A stretch of 64,000 bases of DNA from Octopus sinensis (lineage: Eukaryota), in the NCBI RefSeq assembly GCF_006345805.1, contig NC_042998.1, positions 205,654,001 through 205,718,000 of the forward strand, in the 5' to 3' direction. Below are positions 51,046-63,237 of the stretch, in pieces (positions within the stretch are counted from its first letter, which is position 1; every line of letters begins with the position of its first letter). A model generated the notes under the pieces. It searched no databases, was not told where the DNA came from, and was given only the letters and a program-made list of their open reading frames with translations. Made by a program: the position numbers and the translations under genes.

Positions 51046-51297
51046 GGGCATATGGCGTAGTGGTCAAGAGTGCAGGCTACTAACCCCAACATTCCGAGTT
51101 CGATTCCAGGCAGTGACCTGAATAATAATAATAATAACAACAACAACAACATAGAAAAATACCTTAGGAATGAGAATCGAGGTTCGAAATTTCCCCAAGA
51201 CACCTGATGAAGGCTGGAGGGTATATCAGCCGAAATGTTGTGTTAACAATAAACAAGATGAGGACAAATGTCGGTCAAATGTAAATAATGTAAATGG
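51046..51297 (+). mobile_element. Family E: tRNA-headed SINE with hammerhead-containing tail
   Basis: A box TGGCGTAGTGG (51053-51063), B box GAGTTCGATTCC (51096-51107), (AAT)n(AAC)n linker, HHR at 51199-51244, ends AATGTAAATAATGTAAAT. Confidence 0.8.
51199..51244 (+). ncRNA. Minimal type-I hammerhead ribozyme motif
   Basis: GACAC-CTGATGA-A-GGCTG(GAGGGTATAT)CAGCC-GAAA-TG-TT|GTGTT. Comparison with the 43.7-kb copy reconstructs ancestral GAAACGTT with palindromic AACGTT. Confidence 0.7.
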
Positions 51298-51558
51298 AAA
51301 GCATTTGCCAAGGGCTGGTTTCAGTTTGTCTTAAATCACGGTAACAATTTCTTGATTAACAATTTCTCGATCATGGGGAAAACGTTTTCAAGTTTGTTTT
51401 TTTTCCCCCACGAAGAAAGTATCTGCCACACCTCAGTGATCTTGTAGCCAGTATTGTTAAATAAGTACCAGTAATATATTGGTGTCTATTTATAAACTGT
51501 TTTATTTCTTATAGTAATATTGTATATTTGTTTGTTTTCAGTTTATTGACGAGTAACA

Positions 51559-51937
51559 ATGGATTTGAGAATGCTGATTATGGCATCACTGACCAGTGGT
51601 CTTGCTGGAATCGGTTATTATATCTGGAAAAAGGCCCTGAAACCCACTCTACAGCTGCTCTATTATGACATCCGTCTTTTGTCCACATTATCAAAAGTTG
51701 GCAAAGAAAAAAGTAAAAACTACAAAGTCATGAGTTTAGCTGACGTCTTTCAGGCTTCGGTGAAAGCGAACCCAGACAAAGTATTTCTCATCTTTGACCA
51801 ACAACAATATACTTACAGTTATGCTGATAAAATCTCCAACAAAGTTGCTAATCTTTTGCTATCACTGGGAATTCAGAAAGGTGATGTTGTTGCCATGGTG
51901 CTGACCAACAGTCCGCAGTTTGCTTGGATCTTCCTTG
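51559..51937 (+). CDS. SLC27A: First coding exon of a long-chain fatty acid transport protein / very-long-chain acyl-CoA synthetase (SLC27A/FATP family)
   Basis: Translates MDLRMLIMASLTSGLAGIGYYIW...FLIFDQQQYTYSYADKISNKVANLLLSLGIQKGDVVAMVLTNSPQFAWIFL(G): hydrophobic N-terminal anchor plus the start of the AMP-binding domain typical of FATPs. Acceptor ttttcAG at 51540-51541, in-frame TGA at 51547 upstream of the ATG, donor G|GTGAG at 51938 (phase 1). Paralogue not assignable by eye. Confidence 0.92.
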
Positions 51938-52024
51938 GTGAGACACTTTTTTCCATATTTTCTCTTTTGTTATTTTAGAATTTGGAATATTTCTGTTGAT
52001 TGTTAAACCACTGTCTGTCTCCCA

Positions 52025-52453
52025 TCCACCCCCCTCTCTCTCATCTTGGTATGGTCATGTGACAGATATGGATGAGGACAACTGTGTAGAGACATGCTGA
52101 TCTCTGTGGAAGGAACCTGTGGTAGAGGTAGACCCAGGAAGACTTGGGACAAGGTGGTGAAGCATGATCTTTGAACTTTGGGCCTCACAGAGGCAATGAC
52201 TAGAGTCTGAGACTTTTGGTGAGATGCTGTGCTTGAGAAGACCCATCAAGCCAAGTGAAATCATAGTTGTGGCTGATGCTGGTGGCACGTAAAAGCACCC
52301 ATTATACTGTGAGAGTGGTTGGTGCTAGGAAGGGCATCCAGCCATAGAAACCATTCCAAATCAGACAGGGGTATGGTGCAGCCCCTCAACTTAGCCCTGG
52401 TCGAACTGTCCAACCCATGCTAGCATGGAAAACACACGTTAAATGATGATGAT
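52025..52453 (+). mobile_element. RTE LINE 3' fragment in the FATP intron
   Basis: GTCGRGRPRKTWDKVVKHDL, 3' UTR, (GAT)n tail. Confidence 0.85.
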
Positions 52454-54059
52454 AAGAAAAATGTTTGTCTTTTGAAAATAAGTATTTAATTCAATATTTT
52501 GTATAAGCTCCAAGAAATTTTCCAACAGTCAAATCCTAATTGTTTTGTATGTGTTCTGCATTCCCCGTTATTAGCCAGGGTGGTAAAAGTGAATTTCTCT
52601 GTCATATGATGAGTAACACTCTAATAGTAGTAGTCCTTTCTACTATAGGTACAGTGCCTGGAATTTGGTAGGAGGGGGCTAGTTGATTACATTGACCCTA
52701 ACCCTAACACTTGACTGGTACCTTATTTTATTGACCCCAAAAGGATGAAAGACAAAGTTGCCCTCTGTGGAAGTTGGCTTCTGTGGAATTTGAACTCAGA
52801 ACAATGCGCTAATCATGTCATATCAACAATAACAAGAAAGAGATTCTTTTAACCCTAGGCTAGCCCTGGTTGAATAGGCTTATATGATCAAAGACATTCC
52901 AGCTCTCACCATCTTATTTTTTTTCAAAGACTACATCATGCAGTGTGTCTCTCATTCTAAGATGGTTGGGTGCAATTTAAAGGCGATTCTCTTGTCTGTG
53001 ATTGTAATGGTGTTTATAAAGTTATAAAACATACTTCCTGTTTAGCCGGGCATAAACTCATTTCAAATTTTACATTTAATGGCAGAAATAGCAATTTTTA
53101 ATTAATAAGCACACAACTTTATCAATGAGGGAAGGAAAACTAAAACCGCAATGTTGATAATTAACTATTTTAATTAATGTATATATCACTGTAATCTTTT
53201 TATCAAATTCCGGTTGCAAGGATTAGAGGATTAGGATTAGTGTAAAATATAAGCCAATCAAGCTCAGTGTTGTTTTATTAGGAAAGTGTTGAAATATGGA
53301 GTTAAGTTGATCTGCACCAGTATTATGTAATTCAATACACAGACTGAATAATCACACACACACACACGACTGAAAATATCTGTTTAAATTGGTGCTCTGC
53401 TACTAAAGAACAGACGTAAACCTAAATGGCCATATTTTTTTTAAAATAAGTATCTTTGTTGCTTGGCACCATACTTTGGAAGCTGAAAGTGTGGCTTGCA
53501 ATTAGCATAGAAGCATGGATACACACTGACAGAATAACACACACACACACACACACATGGGCTGAGTCATACACACATACACCCACAAATGCATAGGTAC
53601 GTGTACACCAAGAAACAGACTCAGACACAAACGTGGACGAGCACGTGCACAGCTAAACACACACACACACACACACATTATTATATGCTATTCAAGCATA
53701 ATTAAACTCTGTCACAAGTGTGTATATGCATGTGTATGTGAATATAATGTGTATGTGTTTATGGGAAAGACTGTGTGTGTGTCTATTTATTTCTGTATTC
53801 ATGTGTGTGTGTGTGTGTAATTCCCCCCCCCACACACACACACGGAGAGAATGTGTTGAAGTTTTATATATTAAGAAAAAGAAGGTAATCAGAATTGGGA
53901 TAAAAAAAATTTTATTTAGTGTTTTTGACCCTTTTAGGGATTCATTGTGGCTAATAACCGTTCATCTTGACTCCCTAAAAAGGATGAAAATGCTAAATAA
54001 ACAGTTTTTATCCCAATCCTGGCTGCCTTCTTTTACTTTATATAATATGGTTGCATATG

Positions 54060-54860
54060 TGTATGTGGATAGGTGTGTATGTGAGCCAGTATGTGTTTAT
54101 GTATGTGTGTGTGTATATATATATGTGTGTGTGTGTGTATGTATGTGTGTGTGTGTGTATATATGTGTGTGTGTGTGTATATATGTGTGTGTGTGTATGT
54201 GTGTGTGTGTGGATATATTTGTGTGTGTGTGTATATATTTGTGTGTGTGTATATTTGTGTGTGTGTGTGTATATTTGTGTGTGTGTATATATATTTGTGT
54301 GTGTGTGTATATATTTGTTGTGTGTGTATATATTTGTGTGTGTGTGTGTATATTTGTGTATGTGTGTATATATTTGTGTGTGTGTGTGTGTGTGTATATT
54401 TGTGTGTGTGCATATATATTTGTGTGTGTATATTTGTGTGTGTGTATAATATTTGTGTGTGTGTGTATATATTTGTGTGTGTATGTGTGTATATATTTGT
54501 GTATGTGTGTATATATTTGTGTGTGTGTGTATATATTTGTGTGTGTGTGTGTGTGTGTATATATTTGTGTGTGTGTGTGTGTGTATGTGTGTATATATTT
54601 GTGTGTGTGTGTGTGTGTGTGTATATATTTGTGTGTGTGTGTATATTTATGTGTGTGTGTGTGTATATTTATGTGTGTGTGTGTATATATTTGTGTGTGT
54701 GTGTGTATATATTTGTGTGTGTGTGTGCATATATTTGTGTGTGTGTGTGTATATTTGTGTGTGTGTGTGTATATATTTGTGTGTGTGTGTGTGTATATAT
54801 TTGTGTTTGTGTGTGTATATATTTGTGTGTGTGTGTATATGTGTGTGCATACACACACGC
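54060..54860. repeat. Compound minisatellite [ATATATTT(GT)n]m
   Basis: About 30 units with variable (GT)n; source of the 436-aa C/V/Y ORF. Confidence 0.95.
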
Positions 54861-55372
54861 AATACATTGATGTGTGCGTGTGTATTAATCTATTTCCCCG
54901 TCTCCACCCCTGCTGCTCATTATATCAAGATGATGTCATCAATCCAATTAACAGTTTATTATTAGGAATACTTTCAAACCCTAACCATGCATTCAGCCCC
55001 TCAATAACTGGTCCCTTTCTCTCCCCTTAACATCTCATTTGTTGTTGCCCCTTTTAATCGCAAATTAAGTTTTGAGGGGAAAATTCAAATCACATCTTGG
55101 AATCCCTCGATTTCGATTCGTTCTGATTTCCTAAGGGCATTCTAAGGCTTTCCTCATTCTCTTGTATTACAATAGCATCGGCTTCTCTGACCTTCTCCTG
55201 ATTCACTCAGAACACTCTGCTGCTGCTGCTGCTTGGGCTTTGGCTACTCGAACCAGGAATGAAGATTTTGGCTCACTTTTCGAGAACTGCACAAAAATTG
55301 AATCCATTTCTGATGTTCTCTTCAGTTTTTAAACTCCATTCTCTCTGTTTATCCTATTTACAGTGCATGCAC

Positions 55373-55405
<33 letters not shown>

Positions 55406-57049
55406 AAATTGAAAAATTTCCCCATTGATTCCAACTTATTTCTGATCCATTTCACTTTCAATAAACAATATTTACCAATTCCCATTTGCCTCTCACAAAT
55501 TCTTTCCTCTTCTCCACTTTCTGTCTCTGCTCTTTGTTACTTGTTTGTATTTCTGACATTAAATTCTTCAACTTAACAAATTTTAGATAGTTCTTATATA
55601 GTACCCTAACATTCAACTAAATAGGAACCCACAACAATTTGAATATAACACAGAATATGTTTAGGGACCAGCTTCTTACCAAACTTCTCATCTGATAAGA
55701 ATTGCTCATTTTGGCAGCTGAGAACATTTTAGATTCCAGGTTCTTCATTTTCACAGACAATTTTAAATCAATGCTTATGAGTGCAGTTGCACTGAAATTG
55801 TCACTAATTTGACCAAATGATTCAGTTATATGGCTTCATCAGCTTGAAACACAGTTCAACAGCTTGTAATAAGGGCCTTTGCAATCAGAAATAACCCAAG
55901 ACAATAGGGACTTCCTAAGTGGCCTCACCGAGTCAGGTCAGTCCTGTTCAGGAATAAACTGGGCTGTTTTCTTTGTAGCCATAACAACTTCTGCATCTGC
56001 AAGGGCAGTTAATATATGGTGTGTCTCCTGCATTTACTGTCGGTGTTCTGTGAATTAGGAAGTTCTTTGGGTCTGTATTTTCTCTGTCCTTCTCTTTTAG
56101 TGGGCAGTAATTGCTAGCTTGAGGGCTACTTTGAATAACTTGAGATGAGCAGAGCAGTAGTTTGTCTCTCTCTATCTCCATGCCAGCAGATGTGTGTGTG
56201 TGTGTGGATCATGCTTTAGCATTTAATACCTATCATAAAGCCACCACACTTAATACTGCATCCCAACTCTATCAAGGGATAGAGTTGGGATGCAGTATGG
56301 GATGGTCTCACCAATTACTTGGTGACCTCACTAATGCTGGTGCTGTGAAAAAATGCACTGAGTATGCTCCATGAAATGGTTGGCATTAGGCAGGGCATCC
56401 AGCCCTAGAAGCCCTGCCAAAGCAGACATTGGCCCAATAAAGCCCTTTTGGCTCATTGGATTCTCTTAAACTGTCCAACTTATGCCAGCATGAAATATGG
56501 ATGTTAAATATGTGTGTGTGTGTGTGTATATGTTTGGATGTCTATATACGTTTGTGTTGTTCATGTATACGAAGGGGTTACCCAAAAGAAACTGGAATTT
56601 TGCAATATTATTTTATTCCCTTAGTTTTACATGTTTACATTTTTATCGCCTTCAAAGTGTTCTCCATTTGAAGCATTGCATCGGTCCAAACACATTTTCC
56701 ACTATTCAAAGCAGTGCTGGAACTCTTTCAGTCTCCTTGTAAGCTGTTTGAAGCCTGGCAACTGTTTCGCTCACCATTTTCCCCAGCAGAAAACAGAATT
56801 TCACAGAAGCTCACTGTTTCTTCCTTTTTAGCCATCACAAAAATCGACAAACAGGAAAGAAGAAGCACTGCAAAACAGAGACACACCACATGCAAGTGCA
56901 ACTGCATCAAGTGACCTCTAGTGGGAGAGGCCTGAACTACAATGGGCTTGTCCCACAGAGAACATTTCTAGATACTTTTGAATAGCCTCTCATATATATA
57001 TTTATGCATGTGTGTGTGTGTGTGATGCACTTTTGATGGGTAACTTCAA

Positions 57050-58200
57050 CCCAATATCTTCTCAGTTCCCTGTACTTTGACCTCCATACACATCTGTTAG
57101 AGCATGCTTGCTTCATTTCTTTTCTGTCTTCTCAAGTCCTCTACATCCGAGGCCCTTGCCTCAGTACCGTGCAGTATTGCAGTTCTAACACAAGTATCGT
57201 ACAATCTGCCCTACACTCTTAGGGAAAAGACCTTTGTTGCCTGCAGCCATGATAACTCCCTCAACTTTCTCCAGCTTTTTCTTACTCTAGCTGCTTTATT
57301 TTCAGAACAATCACCTCCATTGCTTTTTGAATTTTCTAGGTAACAGAAGTTATAAACTACATCAAATGACCCATCCAGGCATTCAATGGGTTTCTATTTC
57401 TGCTGTGTTCATTGGACGTATTGCTCCATTGCATTTGTCACACATGAAAATTATGTCCTGATAGCCTGCTGGTGATTCCATTCCATTCCTTTGGGGTCCA
57501 TAGCTTCACTGGGTATAGTGTATGGTCTCAAACAAAGCCATCTCCCTGAAGGTACCACAGTCCGATCTTCATTCCTATCTACTAAAAAGACCTTTGTTTC
57601 TAGGTTTACCTTAACATCTGTCCATTCTAGCCAGAGCTAATTCTCTCCAATTTCTCTATGGATCAGCTATGAGAACTAAATCGTCAACCTATAGGAGGTA
57701 CCTCTGTGACATCCCATTGGACTATGATGAATAAGAAGGGACTGAGAACTGAGCCTTAACCCTTTTGATATCAACCCACCTGAAACCTCCTCTGGCTCTG
57801 TAGTACAAATGTCTGGTTTTCAAAGTTCTGAATTAAAATCTTCCAAACCTTGGCCACAATTTATGTTCCTAAAACTAGCTTTAAGTTATTTTAGTAAATT
57901 CTTTATTACATTTTAAATTAATTGGAAGAAACACAGAGCATCTCAACATAAATAGGGTAAGAAAAGGGTTAAATCACTGAAATCCTTGTTCCCTCATTCT
58001 TTACTCTGGCATCTTTGTACAGGGTTTCTACAGTGTCTACCCTTAATTTCTTCAATGACCCCAAATGCCTGTATGTGGTCCCTGCAGTCAAACACTTTAC
58101 CCAAGTCAATGAATGCTAAAATGTCTTTTCTCCCTCTCTTGTCTTTGCCAAGAGGATTGTCTCCTCCTTCAGCCAAACAAACAAACTAATCAAGCACTCC
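57050..58200 (-). mobile_element. Old RTE LINE remnant with an internal insertion (about 57770-57990)
   Basis: ILAFIDLGKVFD and GSVLSPFLFIIV on minus; heavily decayed. Confidence 0.6.
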
Positions 58201-59100
58201 TGCCTATACCTCTTTCTCTCTCTCATATATCTCATAGAAGATGGAAGAAACATAATGTCCCCTACAGGACTCGACTGCTGCTGTGTCTTGTGGTAACCCT
58301 TCAGTTATTGTAACTACAACATCAAAATCACTTTACAAGGGTTGAGTGTGTGAAACTGATTTTAACACAATGCATATATTTGTGTGTGTGTGTGAAGCCA
58401 TGCTTCCCCCACACATGACCACCACCCACTGCAGGCCCTGCCACTCTCCCTCACATACCTCTTTGCAGCCTGTCCATGACCCCTCGTATTTACCATAGCA
58501 CCCCACCCCCAGCTGCTCCAATTTCTCTCACCATCACAGTCCCCTCTTCTTCTCTCAACATTTCCCTCCCCCTCTATCCCCTCTGTACCACTTATACTCC
58601 CCACCCCCACTGTTCCCTATGGATAGGTCCCATGGATACATTTCCAACATCATCTATTTCAGTCTCTCTCTCTCTCTCTACCTCTCCTTCCCTTTTATCC
58701 CAGAATAAAGTATCTCCTATGTATAGCAAGACATATCTCTATCTCTCTTTTATACTTTAACCCCTCATCAACTGACAGTCACCCCCCTCAATACCACTCA
58801 ATCTCCCAGCTGAGGGGTCTTAAGCTATTTAGTGATCCCATTGGTGCTGGTGTTACATAAAGAGCACCCAGTCCACACCCTGTAAAGCGGTTGGCATTAG
58901 GAAGGGCGTTCAGCCACAGAAACCAGGCCAGAACAGACAACTGGAGTCCAGTGCTGTTCTCTGGCTGACCAGCGCCTCTCAAACAAACTTCAACACATGA
59001 AAAGATGATTATACGTATATAAGTATATATACTGAAAGAGAGAGAGAGAGCACTATAGATTCTATGTGTGTGTGTGTGTGTGTATAAATATATATATATA

Positions 59101-59408
59101 AATTAGACAAAACCCACCTTTTATCAATTCAAAATGAATAATTAAATTACACCATCTAGAAAATTACATATAATAGAAATATTAAAATTAAAATAATAAA
59201 ATAACAATAATTAAGTAAATTGCAAAAAAATTAATAAAAACGTATATAATTCTACCAATTATATATGTTTTTATTTAATTTTTTTGCAATTTACTTAATT
59301 ATTGTTATTTTATTATTTTAATTTTAATATTTCTATTATATGTAATTTTCTAGATGGTGTAATTTAATTATTCATTTTGAATTGATAAAAGGTGGGTTTT
59401 GTCTAATT
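59101..59408. repeat. 308-bp near-perfect palindrome in (TA)n
   Basis: 59101-59251 vs 59257-59408, loop CTACC, one substitution and one 1-nt indel seen. Confidence 0.92.
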
Positions 59409-59528
59409 TATATATATATATATATATATAGATAGATAGATAAGAAATTGGTTTGTGAAAGCACGTGGTTGAATATATAGAAAATAGTAAAGTAGTTTTT
59501 TCACTTTTTACTATTTTCTATATATATA

Positions 59529-59565
<37 letters not shown>

Positions 59566-59569
<4 letters not shown>

Positions 59570-59765
59570 ATCCAAACAAGAAAACACAAAAGCGAAAACA
59601 CAAAAAAAAAACAAAAAAAAAACAGCAACACGAGGACGTGGAACAAATAAAGAATTATTGGATGCTCAGGAAAGAAGGGAAGAAGGAGGGTTTAACGTTT
59701 CGAGCGGATCTCTTCGTCGGAAAGATCCTGAGAAGACAGGAAGAAAAAAAAAGAAAAAAAAGATG
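59566..59765 (-). mobile_element. Short HHR-bearing element related to 7820-8040
   Basis: Minus strand TTT-CCGACGA-A-GAG(ATCCG)CTC-GAAA-CG-TT|AAA at 59691-59723; a truncated relative lacking the HHR lies at 14886-14980. Confidence 0.65.
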
Positions 59766-59877
59766 TATATATATATTATATTGTTTGAAATTTGATTTAG
59801 TATTTCTAAATTGAATTTTTTTCCCTGTAAGTTTGGATTAATATTCCCTCAAATAATTATTATTATATATATATAAA

Positions 59878-60305
59878 TGGCAATTTTGAGAACGACTGGG
59901 AGAGCAATGGTGAGAGAAATGTGTGACGTGAGGCTGTTTGATAAGAGGAGAAGGACTGAGGACTTGATGGGGATGCTGAGGTTGGAGGAATCAGTGGAAC
60001 AGCTGGCAAGGGTGAGTGGAGTGGTGGTGGTATGGGCATGTGTTGAGGAGGGATGAGGAGCCTGTTCTGAAGAGGATGCTAGAGTTTGAGGTGAATGGTC
60101 AGCGGAAGTGGGGTAGACCGAGGAGAATGTGGAGGGGACAGGTGGAGGAGGAGGAGATTGGGAAGGTTGGCTTGAGAAGGGAGGATGCCCAAAACCAGGC
60201 AAGATGGCATGATGGTGGAGGGGTGGTTGCTATGGCGTTGAGGTAGATCCGGCCACCCTCATTAATGGGGACAAAACCTGGATTTAAAATGATGGATATT
60301 GATGA
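59878..60305 (+). mobile_element. RTE LINE 3' fragment, second family
   Basis: WYGHVLRRDEEPVLKRMLEFEVNGQRKWGRPRRMW. Confidence 0.85.
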
Positions 60306-60401
60306 TTATATATATATATATATATATATATTATATCATGAAATTCAGTCTAATATTATTATACTGAATTTTACCTGTAAGGTTGGAATAATAATTTATT
60401 C

Positions 60402-60458
<57 letters not shown>

Positions 60459-60460
<2 letters not shown>

Positions 60461-60785
60461 TTTAAAAGACCGAATCACCTCAAGCAACTAAATTATCATT
60501 GAATGACATTATCCACAATATGTACATATGTATATAAATATTAAAATTATCAAAATTAACACCTTCAATTCTTATTACAAATCATATACTTTACATTAGC
60601 TAGACTACACACATTTCATGACAACATATTCCTTGATATTGTTGAGATAGAATTTCTCTATACAATACCATATTAAAATGATTATATTGCCAATCATCAG
60701 GTCTATCTTATATGAACCTATTTTGCTGTTTACATCATATATTAAGACATGACAATCTAAAATTATACAATTAGAAGTTGTTGGA
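60459..60785 (-). mobile_element. PLE pLTR-like repeat with HHR (copy 1)
   Basis: HHR 60601-60705: TAGAC-CTGATGA-TTGGCAATAT...ATATGTTGTCAT-GAAA-TGTGTG-TA|GTCTA. Direct repeat of 62783-63090. Confidence 0.7.
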
Positions 60786-62782
60786 ATAATTTTACTTTAG
60801 TAAATAATGAACAGAAGTTGAACTTCTCTCCCCTGTGGACTTGGAAATAACTTCCCAAATATTTATTATTATAATAATAAAATAACTAAAGTTAATTGTT
60901 GGTTTCAAACTAGCAATTAAATTGGTTATGGAGAAATTCATTTTAATACCACTAAATTGAACTTCTCTCTCCTGTGGACTCGGAAATAACTTCCCAAATA
61001 TTATTATATATATAATTTCTTTAAGATAATTACTCATTTCTCAGTCTGTTTAATCTCATTCTTATTACCATTATTTTCGTCCTTTTGTCCCCAAACAAAA
61101 CTTTGCTTGTTTGCGGTGTTTTCATGAGCTAACCATTGAAAATGTCCCTTCAAAAAATATAATTTTATCTCTCATGTAATTTCATTAGGATAATTACTTG
61201 TTTCTCAGTCTGTTCAATCTAATCCTTATCACCATTATTTTCATCCCTCTGTCCCCAAACTAGACTCGCTTCCAGTCGCAGTTTATATGTTTAAAAACTC
61301 TCATTTCGTTTGTTTCCCTTCCATAAACGATGTTGCAATGCTAAGCTAAGATTTCTCATTTTTTTCCCATCCTTTGTACTTCATTTGCCATTAACACCTT
61401 AAATGTATTGTTTATCAACAGCTTGTTTTCATGAGCTAACCATTGAAAATGTCCCCTCAAAAAATATAATTTTATCTCTCATGTAATTTCATTAGGATAA
61501 TTACTTGTTTCTCGGTCTGTTTAATCCTTATTACCATTATTTTTGTGCTTCTGTCTCCAAACAAAACTTTCTTTGCTGGCCCTGCGCCCGCTGCTAGTTC
61601 TGATAATATAAGTTTATTTTACAGTTTGGTTTGTAGATCTTGTAAGTTCTTTGTTAACTTCGGTGAAGAGATTTTTCTGGTGAGCTTCCTTGCATTTGTC
61701 GGTGGCATTTGTCAAACTGATCTTCACGTTGTGTTGTGCTGTGTGATTCTATATATAAGAAGAGAATTAAGATAGGTGATTCAGCCATAAAAGAATTTGA
61801 AAAGCATCTGACTATTATATTTTCCAGCAAAGGTCAACTATTCAAATGGAACCAACAGGAGGACACTTTCACAAGCCCTTCATAAACAACCTACCACCTC
61901 CCAACTCCACCCTCCCCTCGATCCTTGTTTTTACCATTTACTATTTTCTTTCAGCTCTGATTCATCAACACTCCTTCACTCTCACACTTATTAACAAACC
62001 CCATCCCTACCCCAGACATACCCAAATCTCTTTGATGTGCAGAATCACACAACGCAACTCAACCTGAAGATCAGTTTGACAACCACCACTGATGAATGGG
62101 AGAAAGTTCTCCACAAAAGTTAACAGGGAATCTTTAAAAAATCTTTCTGCCAAAGTTAACATAGAACATACTAGATCTACAAACCAAACCGTAAAATTAA
62201 CTTGTATTATATTATTAGAAAGTTAAATTAATTAGAACTACTAATGAAGAAGTCATTCTTTTTCTTTTTCAAATATATCTAACTGTATCAAGGATTTCAT
62301 ATGTTTTTATATATATCAGCATCATCATCATTATCGTTTAACGTCTGCTTTCCATGCTAGCATGGGTTGGATGATTTGACTGAGGACTGGCGAACCAGAT
62401 GGCTGCACCAAGCTCCAATCTTATCTGGCAAGGTTTCTACAGCTGGATGCCCTTCCTAATGCCAACCACTCCAAAAGTGTAGTGGGTGGTTTTGCGGGCC
62501 ACCGGCACGAGGGCCAGTCAGGCGGTATTGGCAACGACCTCGTTTGAATGTTTTTTCACGTGCCACCAGCACGTGCTAGTAAGGCGATGCAGGTAACGAT
62601 CATGCCCGAATGGTGTTTTTAATGTGCCACCGTCACGGAGGCCAGCTTGTTGCTCTGGCAATATATATATATACATATATTAATATTAGGGAAGTTATTT
62701 CCGAGTCCACAGGGAAGAGAAGTTCAGTTTAGTGGTACTAAAATGAATTACTCACTGTATTATATAAATATATATATAGATA

Positions 62783-63090
62783 GGTTTAAGAGACAGAATC
62801 ACCCTCAAGCAACTCAATCATCATTGAACAACATTATGTACATATAGGACTAAATATTAAAAAATTATCAAAATTAGTGCCTACAATTCTTATTCTAAAT
62901 CATATACATTACATTATATAGACTACACACATTTCATGACAACATATTCCTTGATATTGCTGAAATAGAAGGTCTTGAAATACAATACCATATTAAATTG
63001 AATATATTGCCAATCTTCAGGTCTAGATTATATAAACTTATTTTGCTATTTACATCCAATATAAATACATGACAAACTAAAATTATATAA
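62783..63090 (-). mobile_element. PLE pLTR-like repeat with HHR (copy 2)
   Basis: HHR 62919-63025 with CTGAAGA core and the same 5-bp stem I TAGAC/GTCTA. Confidence 0.7.
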
Positions 63091-63105
63091 CTATATATAT
63101 ATATA

Positions 63106-63187
<82 letters not shown>

Positions 63188-63237
63188 TGTTTAGTTAGCT
63201 TTTAATTTTAAATTGATTTGATTATTTATTTTGACAG

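Noticed and set aside
51046-51120. tRNA-like sequences (also 21953, 31620-31690, 43864)
   Set aside because: No complete cloverleaf or acceptor stem, and they continue into repeat bodies: SINE heads, not tRNA genes.
62060-62130. CTGAAGA/CTGATGA with a nearby hairpin; similar at 20938 and 2842
   Set aside because: No intact GAAA-stem III-NUH or stem I; cannot be supported as ribozymes.
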